A stretch of DNA of 62,410 nt from Candidatus Heimdallarchaeota archaeon (GTDB taxonomy: Archaea > Asgardarchaeota > Heimdallarchaeia > Heimdallarchaeales > Heimdallarchaeaceae). The notes under the pieces were generated by a model that did no database searches, was not told where the DNA came from, and saw nothing but the letters and a program-made list of their open reading frames with translations. Of this stretch, positions 28,281 to 37,835 are shown one piece after another. Position numbers and translations under genes: made by a program. Location of the stretch: assembly GCA_016840095.1 (NCBI GenBank), contig JAEOSZ010000001.1, forward strand, positions 1-62,410, given 5' to 3'. Numbering within the stretch: the stretch's first letter is position 1; every line of letters starts with the position of its first letter.

Positions 28281-31200
28281 GTGGTGAGAAAGATAAGCGA
28301 GAATAACAATCTATCTGTCAGTATTCAAGCATATTTTAAAGACTTAAATGACCAACTTAAGAAGATTTATTCTCTCGCATCAAAAGCAAGGAAAAAAGGT
28401 TTAGACCCTGTTCCTGAAGTAGAAATTCCTATTGCTAAAGATATTGCAGATAGAGTTGAAGGACTTATTGGTCCCAAGGGGGTCGGAAAAAAGATACGTG
28501 ATTATGAAAAGAAAAACATGTCTAGAGAACAAGTAGCTTTTAAAATTGCTGAGGACATAAGCCAAGGAAAACTAATTCAAGGAACAATAGAAGAATTGGC
28601 AGAGCTAGCAATTAGAAGTTCTTTAGCAGTCATTACTGAGAGTATAACAGCTGCTCCAATAGAGGGAATAGCTAAGGTTAAGATTAAACAAAATGATGAT
28701 GGAACAGATTATTTAGCTGTGTACTATGCAGGTCCAATTCGTTCAGCAGGAGGAACTGCAGCAGGTATGAGCATTTTGCTAGCTGACTCTGTTAGAAAAT
28801 CTCTAGGAATATCAAAATACAAACCTAATCAAAGAGAAGTTGAAAGATATGTTGAGGAACTTGAATTATACAATAGAGTAAGTCATCTACAACTTCCTAC
28901 AACAAAGGAAGAACAAAGGTTTGCAGCCCAAAATCTGCCAATTGAAATTACAGGAGAACCAACCGATAAGGTAGAGGTTTCTGGTAATAGAGATTTGAGA
29001 AGAATAGAAACAAATAGATTGCGCGGTGGAGCTTGCTTGGTTTTCAACGATGGATTAGTTGGCAGAGCAAAAAAACTTCAAAGAAGATTAGTGGAAAGTA
29101 AATTGGAAGGATGGGAATGGTTTCAAGAGTTAATAAATATCCACGAGGGAATTGGTTCCTATATAGATGAAGACATTCCAGATGTATATGATATTAAAGA
29201 AGATTTAGAAGATGAAATTGAAGAAGAACTAGAAATTCATTCAGACGAGGGATACATTAAGGATGTAATAGCAGGTCGTCCTGTTTTTGCACATCCCTCA
29301 AAAATTGGTGGATTCAGAATCAGATATGGTCGGTCTAGAACTACAGGACTTGCGGGAATGGGAATTCACCCAGCTTTAATGGGGTTAACAGATGATTTTC
29401 TTGCGTGTGGAACCCATGTAAGGACTGAAAGACCGGGTAAAGGTGCAATAGTTATGCCTGTAGATTCTATTCATCCTCCAATTGTTAAACTAAAAAATGG
29501 TGATGTTATCAAGGTTAATAGCTATAAAGAAGCTAACGATCTTAAAAATCAAATTGATGAAGTACTATTTTTGGGCGATATGCTATATGGTGTTGGAGAA
29601 TTTAATCAGAATAGCTATGATTTAGTGCCTTCTGGTTATTGCGAAGAGTGGTGGGTTCAGGAATTAGAATCAAATTTCAAAGACGTTTCATCAAAAGATA
29701 AAGAAATTCTATCACAAAGTCTAGCAAATAAGGTTCGAAGTTTCATAAAGGATCCTTTTTCAAAAATCCCTTCTCCTGAAGAAGCTTTTGCTATTTCTAA
29801 GGTGTTTGCTATTCCTCTTCATCCTGAATATACTTACCATTGGTCAAACGTAACTTTAGATGAATATAATCAACTACGTAATCATATTGGAAATGATGTT
29901 TCCAAGGACGACCAAGAGCTAATAATAACTTATCATGAAACAGTTAAAGAAATTCTAGAGAAGATATTCATACCTCACAAAGTTGTAAAGGATAAGATTG
30001 AGTTTGGTTTACATAGCACACCTTTATTGGCTTCTTTAGGAATACATGACGGAAAACTAGTAAAACTTACAAATTCTAAAGATAGAATACTAGTTGCGAT
30101 TAATAGTGTAAGTAAACTCGAGATAAGAGAAAAATGCTCTGTATATACAGGGGCTAGAATGGGTCGTCCGGAAAAAGCTAAAGACAGACGAATGAGACCA
30201 CCTGTGCAACTTCTATTTCCTATTGAAGATAAAGGAGGTAGATTACGTGATCTCTATAAAGCTGCAGAAAATAAGATAATTTCAATTGATCTTACACAAC
30301 GAATTTGCCCCCAATGTAGTGAGTTAATTGATAAATCAATATGCTCAAAATGCAAAGTAGAAACAATTTTTGTTAAGAGATGTGATTTATGCAATATTAA
30401 TTTACATGATGAAAAATGTCCAAAATGTGGTAGGGATGCAGTTAGCTTCACTCGAACAGCTTTTCCAATAAGTGATCGTGTAAACGAAGCGAAAAAAAAA
30501 CTTGGTGGCCCATTGCCCAAGAATGTTAAGGCTGTTAAGAAACTCATGAATAAAGATAAAATGCCTGAATTAATAGAAAAGGGAATTCTTAGAGCTAAAC
30601 ATGATATCTATGTTTATCGAGACGGAACAGTAAGATTCGATTCTACTGATGCTATTTTGACACATTTTAAACCTAAAGAAGTAGGAGTAAAGGTACAAAA
30701 ATTACATGAACTTGGATATTCAGTAGATGTTAATGGTAAGTCCCTAGAAAGAGTGGATCAAATCGTGGAATTAAAAATCCAAGACGTAATAATAAATGAT
30801 GATGGTGGAAAGCATCTTCTAAGAGTTGCGAATTACATAGATGATTTACTTGAGAAGGTTTATGGCCTTCCTAGATTTTATAAAGCAACAAATCGAACAG
30901 ATTTGATAGGTAGAATAATTATTGGACTAGCACCTCATACATCAGCTGGGATTGTGGGAAGAATAGTTGGTTTTACTAAAGCTAAGGTGAATTTTGCACA
31001 TCCATACTGGCATGCTGCGAAAAGAAGAAACGCCGATGGTGATGAGGATAGTATCCTTTTAGCTCTTGACGCTTTTCTAAACTTCTCTAAATTTTATCTT
31101 CCAGAGATAAGAGGAGGAAAAATGGATGCACCATTGATTTTAGTAGCAAATCTTAATCCACATGAAGTTGACGATGAATCACATAATGTAGATACAAGTT

Positions 31201-31868
31201 TACGATATCCTCTATCATTTTATGAAGCTAGTTTAAAAGGTGCTTCTCCAAAAACAGTTCTACCTCTTATAGACATGATTCAGAATAGATTAGATAATCA
31301 AACAGCATATGAGGGCTTCCATTATTCTCATGAAACTTCACACATATTTGATGGTCCTAGTTCTACAGCTTACAAAAATCTCACAACTATGGAGGATAAG
31401 GTAAATGCTCAACTTCAAGTGGCTGAAATAATCCGAGCTGTGGATGTGAATGATGTAGCAACAAGAATTATTGTCAATCACTTTATTCCCGATCTTATTG
31501 GAAATCTAAGAAGATTTGGCTCACAGAAGTTTAGATGCACAAAATGTAATAGAACATATAGAAGAATACCTCTATCTGAAACATGTCCAAATTGCAAAGA
31601 ACCTAGTCTTAATCTTACTGTTTTTGAAAAATCTGTTACAAAGTATTTTAGTATGGCTGAAAGATTAGTCATAAAATACGACCTTTCTGAATATCTGAAA
31701 AATAGGTTAGAGATAATAAAACATAATGTTGATTCATTGTTCACTGAAAGCCCCCCAATCAAATCAAAGAGGAGTAAATCTGAGAAAAGTACTTCTAGCA
31801 AATTTGATGACACTGTAAAACTTTCTGATTACTTTATTAAACCCGAATCTGAAGATAAGAAAGATTAG
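28281..31868 (+). CDS. polC: DNA polymerase D large subunit DP2
   Basis: AGPIRSAGGT, RLRGG, RMGRPEKA, RRNADGDED, C-terminal Zn finger; no intein. Confidence 0.98.
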   Translation: MVRKISENNNLSVSIQAYFKDLNDQLKKIYSLASKARKKGLDPVPEVEIPIAKDIADRVEGLIGPKGVGKKIRDYEKKNMSREQVAFKIAEDISQGKLIQGTIEELAELAIRSSLAVITESITAAPIEGIAKVKIKQNDDGTDYLAVYYAGPIRSAGGTAAGMSILLADSVRKSLGISKYKPNQREVERYVEELELYNRVSHLQLPTTKEEQRFAAQNLPIEITGEPTDKVEVSGNRDLRRIETNRLRGGACLVFNDGLVGRAKKLQRRLVESKLEGWEWFQELINIHEGIGSYIDEDIPDVYDIKEDLEDEIEEELEIHSDEGYIKDVIAGRPVFAHPSKIGGFRIRYGRSRTTGLAGMGIHPALMGLTDDFLACGTHVRTERPGKGAIVMPVDSIHPPIVKLKNGDVIKVNSYKEANDLKNQIDEVLFLGDMLYGVGEFNQNSYDLVPSGYCEEWWVQELESNFKDVSSKDKEILSQSLANKVRSFIKDPFSKIPSPEEAFAISKVFAIPLHPEYTYHWSNVTLDEYNQLRNHIGNDVSKDDQELIITYHETVKEILEKIFIPHKVVKDKIEFGLHSTPLLASLGIHDGKLVKLTNSKDRILVAINSVSKLEIREKCSVYTGARMGRPEKAKDRRMRPPVQLLFPIEDKGGRLRDLYKAAENKIISIDLTQRICPQCSELIDKSICSKCKVETIFVKRCDLCNINLHDEKCPKCGRDAVSFTRTAFPISDRVNEAKKKLGGPLPKNVKAVKKLMNKDKMPELIEKGILRAKHDIYVYRDGTVRFDSTDAILTHFKPKEVGVKVQKLHELGYSVDVNGKSLERVDQIVELKIQDVIINDDGGKHLLRVANYIDDLLEKVYGLPRFYKATNRTDLIGRIIIGLAPHTSAGIVGRIVGFTKAKVNFAHPYWHAAKRRNADGDEDSILLALDAFLNFSKFYLPEIRGGKMDAPLILVANLNPHEVDDESHNVDTSLRYPLSFYEASLKGASPKTVLPLIDMIQNRLDNQTAYEGFHYSHETSHIFDGPSSTAYKNLTTMEDKVNAQLQVAEIIRAVDVNDVATRIIVNHFIPDLIGNLRRFGSQKFRCTKCNRTYRRIPLSETCPNCKEPSLNLTVFEKSVTKYFSMAERLVIKYDLSEYLKNRLEIIKHNVDSLFTESPPIKSKRSKSEKSTSSKFDDTVKLSDYFIKPESEDKKD

Positions 31869-31942
31869 AAGAAGTTAAAGAAGATTGTTTTTACCAAACG
31901 AATAGTTTTTAACTATCTGTACTGTTCGGTGGATGAAGAGTA

Positions 31943-32674
31943 ATGAACAATGCGTCAGAGCAAAAACCTTTTCTTCAAATGAGAAATCTAACTGAATTAG
32001 AGGGTAGGAAGAAGCACATTTACTCGTTATTGTCCTTCTTAGTTGTTGTTGTTTTTACTTTAGCACTTTATCTAGTTCCTGATTATTACTTTCTAGAAAA
32101 AATCACTAATGAGACTGTTTTCGGAATGCTAGAATTATATCAATTCGAAATAGAAGTTGCACCTTTATACAACGAGATAGAATATGGAAACTCACTCTTC
32201 ATCGTTATTTCAAACCTTCTCAGTAGCTTAGATGGTCATGGTGGGAATACACCCGTAATAAAATCATTAACTGCAAGTCGTCAATTTGCAATAGTAAGAG
32301 CTTGTACTGGTATGCAAGCTGGAGCACTACTGATGGCTTTGATCATTGTTACACCTGCAGAAGCAAGTAAGAAGATAAAAGCATCAATATATTCTCTTTT
32401 AGCATTGATAATAGGAAACTTCCTCAGGATAGCTCTTGTAATAGCTATGACAATAACTATTGATGTTTCGTATGGTGGAACATACGATGCTGCGTGGTTT
32501 TGGGCTCATGACGTTCTAGGAAAACCTATTGGTTTCTTTGGGACAATATTATTTGCAATTATTATTGAAAGACAAGGAGTACCAATTCTAAATACTGTAA
32601 GTTTATGGTTAGATTCGTTTATAGATTTTCTGAAATTCCTAGCTGACAAAGTTTTTGGCTCTAAGAGCTCTTAA
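31943..32674 (+). CDS. Exosortase/archaeosortase family membrane protein
   Basis: IVRACTG (Cys), GNFLR (Arg), WAHD (His) triad; multi-TM. Confidence 0.85.
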   Translation: MNNASEQKPFLQMRNLTELEGRKKHIYSLLSFLVVVVFTLALYLVPDYYFLEKITNETVFGMLELYQFEIEVAPLYNEIEYGNSLFIVISNLLSSLDGHGGNTPVIKSLTASRQFAIVRACTGMQAGALLMALIIVTPAEASKKIKASIYSLLALIIGNFLRIALVIAMTITIDVSYGGTYDAAWFWAHDVLGKPIGFFGTILFAIIIERQGVPILNTVSLWLDSFIDFLKFLADKVFGSKSS

Positions 32675-32830
32675 GCAATATTTTGTAGTCAATAAACCAT
32701 TTTCATTTGTGCTTACATTTTACGTTTTTTTGATATGAAAATGTTTGTTAAAACCCAGTGGTAGCTTTCGATAACTTTTATTAAATGAACTTACATATTA
32801 CCTCGTAGATAATTTGAGTGTGAAACTGCA

Positions 32831-33775
32831 ATGAGATATTTAGAAGTAAATGAGGATGGTACTTTAGTTGAATTGAATGAATTGCAATTAGGTCCAGAAA
32901 AGGTCCTCATTATTGTAGATGAAGAAGACAAAAAGATGTGGTTATGGAAGGGATCCAATTGTCCAATAAGGAAGAAGTTTATTGGAAGTAGGGCTTTATC
33001 AGATATAAGGAAAAAGGAATATGGCTTTGCATATGTACCACAATCTTGCGATCAAGATGATGAAACTGCAGAATTTGTGATAATGTTACAAAAAATTGAT
33101 AAAACTGACATAGTACCAGATGCAGTTCTAAATCGAGCCCAACAGATAATTGACAGACAAAGTAGAATTAATGTTTTTGAAGAAGGTGCTGAACAAGAAA
33201 CCGTACCGCCATCTACTCCTTCTCCTATTACAGATTTGGAAGAAGAGGATAGTGAAGGACTAAAAGATCGTCCTGCACAGGTACCAGCATCAGAATTACC
33301 AACACATTTAGCTAAGATGGGTGCACCAGGAAATAGGCCTATGCCAACTATTCTATCAGCATTGGAGTCTGAATCAATTGAAATTAAAACACCAGAAGAA
33401 GCTTTACAAGCAAAAGAAACACCAAGTGCTGAACCTGTAAAACAAGCGGTTGTTAAAAGTGACACAATGCTTGAACAATCATTTAAAGTTTTGAAAGATT
33501 TAGGAGCACCCAAAGGATTCTATAGAGATCTAATAATAATTGGAAATAAAGTATATACAGAAACCTATACTGGTGGATTTGAAGAACTGGATGAACCTCC
33601 AGAAGGTATTTTCTTCTCAAGCTCTCATGTTCCTAGAATGATTTGTGAGAATGGTTTTGTAAGAGCAATAGAGTTCCTTAAACCAGAAGAAGGAGCAGAA
33701 TTAAGCGAAGAAGATGAGGCAATTGCTCAAGATATAGAAGATTTACTGGGCATGTTTGAAATTGAAGTAGGGTAA
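32831..33775 (+). CDS. Gelsolin-domain protein with a second C-terminal domain (1DGelX-like)
   Basis: VLIIVDEEDKKMWLWKGSNCPIRKKFIG...QDDETAEF gelsolin pattern, Pro/Glu linker, C-domain and acidic tail. Confidence 0.8.
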   Translation: MRYLEVNEDGTLVELNELQLGPEKVLIIVDEEDKKMWLWKGSNCPIRKKFIGSRALSDIRKKEYGFAYVPQSCDQDDETAEFVIMLQKIDKTDIVPDAVLNRAQQIIDRQSRINVFEEGAEQETVPPSTPSPITDLEEEDSEGLKDRPAQVPASELPTHLAKMGAPGNRPMPTILSALESESIEIKTPEEALQAKETPSAEPVKQAVVKSDTMLEQSFKVLKDLGAPKGFYRDLIIIGNKVYTETYTGGFEELDEPPEGIFFSSSHVPRMICENGFVRAIEFLKPEEGAELSEEDEAIAQDIEDLLGMFEIEVG

Positions 33776-33805
33776 AAACCCTATATTTTCATTTCTGGTG
33801 ATTTT

Positions 33806-34087
33806 TTGAAGATTTTTACTATTACAGTTATACTTCATCCATCCATTCCATCTGATATAAAAATTATAAAAGGAGAAATTAATTCAGAAACAATTCTATT
33901 GGATGGTTTAATTTCGATGTTGTCTAAAAATGAGAAAGTTGCTAGTTTCTTAATAGGCGAATCAGATATACGACCTGGTTATCTTTTATTATCAAATAAA
34001 ATAGAACTAAAAACCACAAGAAAACTCTATTCTCCAGTTATTTCAGATATGGAAATTAAGATTATTCCAATATCCCATGGAGGTTGA
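33806..34087 (+). CDS. Ubiquitin-like beta-grasp protein (Urm1/SAMP/MoaD)
   Basis: IRPGYLLL and C-terminal ISHGG. Confidence 0.85.
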   Translation: MKIFTITVILHPSIPSDIKIIKGEINSETILLDGLISMLSKNEKVASFLIGESDIRPGYLLLSNKIELKTTRKLYSPVISDMEIKIIPISHGG

Positions 34088-34180
34088 AAAACAATATCTC
34101 TAGGTATAAGATTAGAGCTTATTAACTTCATTAGATATATTTTTTAATTACTTTAATTTCCTTCATGATGCTTGCTGATT

Positions 34181-34266
34181 GCCAGGATAGCCAAGCGGAC
34201 AACGGCGCTGGTCTTGAAAACCAGTTCCTATAAGGATCCGGGGTTCAAATCCCCGTCCTGGCTCCA
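34181..34266 (+). tRNA. tRNA-Ser(TGA)
   Basis: GCCAGGA/TCCTGGC acceptor, CTGGT-CTTGAAA-ACCAG anticodon arm, long variable arm, encoded CCA. Confidence 0.95.
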
Positions 34267-34318
34267 TTTCCTCAACAAAGTTAAACCTGAGGGATTTAAC
34301 AATAACAGGTGTATATTA

Positions 34319-36415
34319 TTGTCATCCATAGAAGCACCATATACTTTAGGCATTGCTGAAAAACCACAGGCAGCTAGAAGAATAGCTTTTGCTTTGGATG
34401 AAAACAATAAACCAGAAAATAAACGTTTGAAGAATGTCCCTATTTATGTGTGTAAGAGAGATGGAAAGAAAATTGTGATTGCACCTGCCGTAGGTCATTT
34501 ATTCACATTAACCCCAATAGGAAAGACATGGAATTATCCTGTTCTTGATTATGAGTGGGTTCCTAGTTATGTTGTGAATAAGAATGCAAGAACAAAGAAT
34601 TTTGTTGATGTTTTCAAATCTTTGGCAAAAGGATCAGATGAAGTCATATTAATGACAGATTTTGATAGAGAAGGCGAAGTCATAGGCTATTTAATTTTGA
34701 AATATCTTATAGGAAAGAATAATGCAGAAAGAATGAAATTTTCTACTCTAACTAGAAGAGACATTGTTGCTGCTTTTGACCAAAGAGAAAAATCTCTAGA
34801 TATGGGTTTTTTGAATTCAGGCCTAATAAGACACTATATAGATTGGTTATATGGAATAAATTATTCTAGAGCATTAAGCTTAGCATTCAAAAGAGTTTCA
34901 GGACGTTTTAAAACAATCTCAATTGGACGTGTTCAAGGCCCGACTCTAGGTTCAGTAGTAGAACATGACAATAGTATAAAGTATTTCGTTCCAACTCCAT
35001 ATTGGACTATAGAAAGTGAAGTAGTTCTAAAGAATAAAAACTTCAAAGCTATGTATGAAAAGGATAAATTAAAGACTCAAAAGGAAGCATTTCAAGTTGT
35101 AAAGAACTGTAGTAGTTTAATTGGTAATATCTCTGACATAACGGAAGAACCAAGCTATCTCTATCCCTTTCCTCCGTTCAACCTAGGAAATCTTCAAAGA
35201 GATAGTTATAGGCATTTTAAATTTTCTCCAACTAAAACACTTGAAACTGCAGAGAAGCTTTATTTGAAGGCTCTAATTTCATATCCTCGAACAGATAGTC
35301 AAAAACTCCCAATGACATTAGGGCATAAGTCGATTCTTACTAAATTAAGTAAACAACAGAATTACAGTGTTTTTGCTTCTGAAATAATTGATGCCAAGAA
35401 ATACAAACCAAGAGAAGGAAAGAAAATAGATGCTGCTCATCCTGCAATACACCCAACAGGTAATGAACCAAATGAAGCTCTTCCAACTGATGAAAAGAAG
35501 CTTTATGACCTAATTGTAAAACGTTATCTTTCACTCTTTGGTAAGCGAGCAGAATTTCTTAAGAGAATTATACAAATAGATGTAAATAAACATAAATTTG
35601 AGGTAAGAGGGAGTAAGATAATAGATGAGGGATGGATCAAATATTACAAGCCATATTATTCAATTTCAGAATCCATTGTTCCAGATGTTGAATTAGGTAG
35701 TGATGTTATGTTCAATTATATTGACTCAAAAGAGCATTTCACTTCTCCTCCATATAGATTCAATGAGTCATCACTTCTCAAATACATGGAGGATGAACAA
35801 ATAGGAACTAAAGCTACAAGAGCTGGAATAATCCAAACACTATTTGACAGAGGATATGTTCAAGGAAAAGAAATAACTCCAACTCCCCTAGGTATAGCTG
35901 TAGTTGATGTATTAGAAGAACAGTATCCTATTCTTGTTAAATCTGAAATGACACGAAATCTAGAACAAATAATGGAAGATGTTCAGAACAAAGAAAAAGA
36001 TATTCAAAGTACAGTTTTTTCTATTAAAAAAGAACTGAAAGTCCTTTTAGATTTTTTCAATCAAAAAGAAACAGAAATAGGTCTAGCTTTATACAAGAAT
36101 CTTCGACTATCAGAGAAAAAAGATGTTCTTGTTCTAGGGCAATGTCAACAATGCAAAAAGGGAGAGTTAAGAATAATTAGATCAAAGAAATCAGGGAAGC
36201 GCTTTGTAGCTTGTTCTTCTTATTTCGATAAGGCTATTGTTTGTAGTGCAACATATCCAGTACCCAACACTGGAAACATAAGACCTACAAAGAAAGTTTG
36301 TGTTCATGATAATTTACCTATTATAGAATGGCAAAAAGGAAGACGAAAGATATCTATGTGCATTTCTCCCGATTGTCCATCAAAGAAAGAAAGTGAGAAA
36401 AATGAAAGCAAGTAA
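34319..36415 (+). CDS. topA: DNA topoisomerase IA
   Basis: AEKP, DFDREGE, GRVQGP, ISYPRTDS, AHPAIHPT. TTG 34319 after AGGTG; the ORF-track start 34172 runs through tRNA-Ser. Confidence 0.95.
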   Translation: MSSIEAPYTLGIAEKPQAARRIAFALDENNKPENKRLKNVPIYVCKRDGKKIVIAPAVGHLFTLTPIGKTWNYPVLDYEWVPSYVVNKNARTKNFVDVFKSLAKGSDEVILMTDFDREGEVIGYLILKYLIGKNNAERMKFSTLTRRDIVAAFDQREKSLDMGFLNSGLIRHYIDWLYGINYSRALSLAFKRVSGRFKTISIGRVQGPTLGSVVEHDNSIKYFVPTPYWTIESEVVLKNKNFKAMYEKDKLKTQKEAFQVVKNCSSLIGNISDITEEPSYLYPFPPFNLGNLQRDSYRHFKFSPTKTLETAEKLYLKALISYPRTDSQKLPMTLGHKSILTKLSKQQNYSVFASEIIDAKKYKPREGKKIDAAHPAIHPTGNEPNEALPTDEKKLYDLIVKRYLSLFGKRAEFLKRIIQIDVNKHKFEVRGSKIIDEGWIKYYKPYYSISESIVPDVELGSDVMFNYIDSKEHFTSPPYRFNESSLLKYMEDEQIGTKATRAGIIQTLFDRGYVQGKEITPTPLGIAVVDVLEEQYPILVKSEMTRNLEQIMEDVQNKEKDIQSTVFSIKKELKVLLDFFNQKETEIGLALYKNLRLSEKKDVLVLGQCQQCKKGELRIIRSKKSGKRFVACSSYFDKAIVCSATYPVPNTGNIRPTKKVCVHDNLPIIEWQKGRRKISMCISPDCPSKKESEKNESK

Positions 36416-36638
36416 ACAGTGCCCCATTTGCAAAAAAGATATAGAAAACTTGCAGGAACAATACTGCAAGAATCATTCTAAAGCAAAAAAGGAGCTAAAA
36501 AAAGGATATGAAGCTTGGCTTAAGGCATATGGTTCTCTTTCGTGGGATGATTATCTTCAAAAAATCTTAAATCTAGAAGGTTTAGTTGGAGATTTCGTTA
36601 GGGAAATCGCACAACATGAGTTTTATTTTTCTAGTTAA
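36402..36638 (+). CDS. Small CxxC/CxxH protein overlapping the topA end
   Basis: CPIC...YCKNH; overlap suggests translational coupling to topA. Confidence 0.65.
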   Translation: MKASKQCPICKKDIENLQEQYCKNHSKAKKELKKGYEAWLKAYGSLSWDDYLQKILNLEGLVGDFVREIAQHEFYFSS

Positions 36639-36692
36639 CAATTTGATTTTAGCTCGTTAAATCTAAGTAATTGAATAATCTACTGTTTAATT

Positions 36693-36947
36693 TCAAGAAA
36701 AAAGTGCTGAATGAATTTGTTCTCGTTCTGGCAATCCCTCGATTCTAGTTTTTCCAACAAATATTGTTGGAATTGAAGACACATTGAATCTATTCTCTGT
36801 TTTAATTTGTATACTTTTATAATCAAATAATCCTCCATACTCTGCTAAAACATTCTTTAGTATGTCCTCAGCAATATTACAGTATGGACAATCTTCTGTA
36901 GTGTAGAGTAGTATCTCCTTCATTTCGTACATTTTCTGTGTTTCCAT
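36693..36947 (-). CDS. Glutaredoxin/thioredoxin-like protein
   Basis: CPYC, SIPTI. Confidence 0.85.
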   Translation of the reverse strand: METQKMYEMKEILLYTTEDCPYCNIAEDILKNVLAEYGGLFDYKSIQIKTENRFNVSSIPTIFVGKTRIEGLPEREQIHSALFS

Positions 36948-37036
36948 ATTAAAAAAGCAACAAAAATTTTGGGACTAGCACAGATGACACGCGAATATTA
37001 CACCAAGGCTTTCTGACAAAAATACTAAATTAATGG

Positions 37037-37330
37037 TTAAATAGAATCACAACTGCAAGGGTTTTTTTTACATTTAGGGTATGAATTTGGATATTTTTTC
37101 ATAAAATCTTCTTCGACATTAATTTCTAAGATGTTTGCTATACTCAATGTCCACGCTATAATATCAACAATTTCTTCAGTTATTTTATTCTTGTTTTGTA
37201 ATAGAACGGCTTCAGAAAGTTCCCCAACTTCCTCTACAAGTTTTAAAACAGTCTTCTCCAAACCACGTTTGAGATCTTTATCCAAATATAATTTTGCCAT
37301 TAAGTCTTGCAAATCAAAAATGATGTTCAC
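37037..37330 (-). CDS. MazG-like nucleotide pyrophosphohydrolase
   Basis: LVEEVGELSEA, EEIVD, Cys-rich tail. Confidence 0.9.
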   Translation of the reverse strand: MNIIFDLQDLMAKLYLDKDLKRGLEKTVLKLVEEVGELSEAVLLQNKNKITEEIVDIIAWTLSIANILEINVEEDFMKKYPNSYPKCKKNPCSCDSI

Positions 37331-37354
37331 TCTCCATTTATTGAAATAATAGAT

Positions 37355-37543
37355 TTACACACCATAAACAATATTACCAACAATTACGGCAACAATTAGA
37401 ATAATGCAGAAAGCTACAACATACCAAGGACCAATCTTAACTCCTGGTAGATCTTCATCATAGTATCTCATCAAACCTGCACCTGTTGCAGGCATCGGAC
37501 TTGTATCTCTCTTAGTTTTTTGTCTTCGAGAACTTCGACTCAT
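37355..37543 (-). CDS. secG: Preprotein translocase subunit Sec61beta
   Basis: TGAGLMRYYDED...KIGP plus one TM helix. Confidence 0.92.
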   Translation of the reverse strand: MSRSSRRQKTKRDTSPMPATGAGLMRYYDEDLPGVKIGPWYVVAFCIILIVAVIVGNIVYGV

Positions 37544-37710
37544 TATAATCAAGTGCAATTTAAGATGGATATATATATGATTTTTTATCTAATACTTCTT
37601 CTCGATAATTTATCCAAGATGTAAAAGAATTTAAATTATCAAATTTACAAAGGAAACCAACCAACACAAAATTTAAGATATAATTAACTTCAAAGAATGA
37701 TGAAATATCT

Positions 37711-37787
37711 GACCCCGTAGCTCAGCAGGATAGAGCACCAGCCTTCTAAGTTGGGGGTCGCGAGTTCGAATCTCGTCGGGGTCGCCA
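37711..37787 (+). tRNA. tRNA-Arg(TCT)
   Basis: GACCCCG/CGGGGTC acceptor, CTTCTAA loop, TTCGAAT, CCA. Confidence 0.96.
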
Positions 37788-37835
37788 ATTTATTTACTCT
37801 ACAAAACATTTATGTCTTGATAGAATCTAAAGTGT

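Noticed and set aside
28281-31868. Inteins in DP2 (also checked Cdc6 and TopA)
   Set aside because: Lengths are normal and no intein splice motifs were seen.
34172-34318. N-terminal extension of TopA
   Set aside because: It is a read-through of tRNA-Ser; a TTG start with an SD-like AGGTG lies at 34319.
36965-37020. Second C/D sRNA (AGATGA...CTGA)
   Set aside because: Too short, with no D'/C' boxes or terminal stem.
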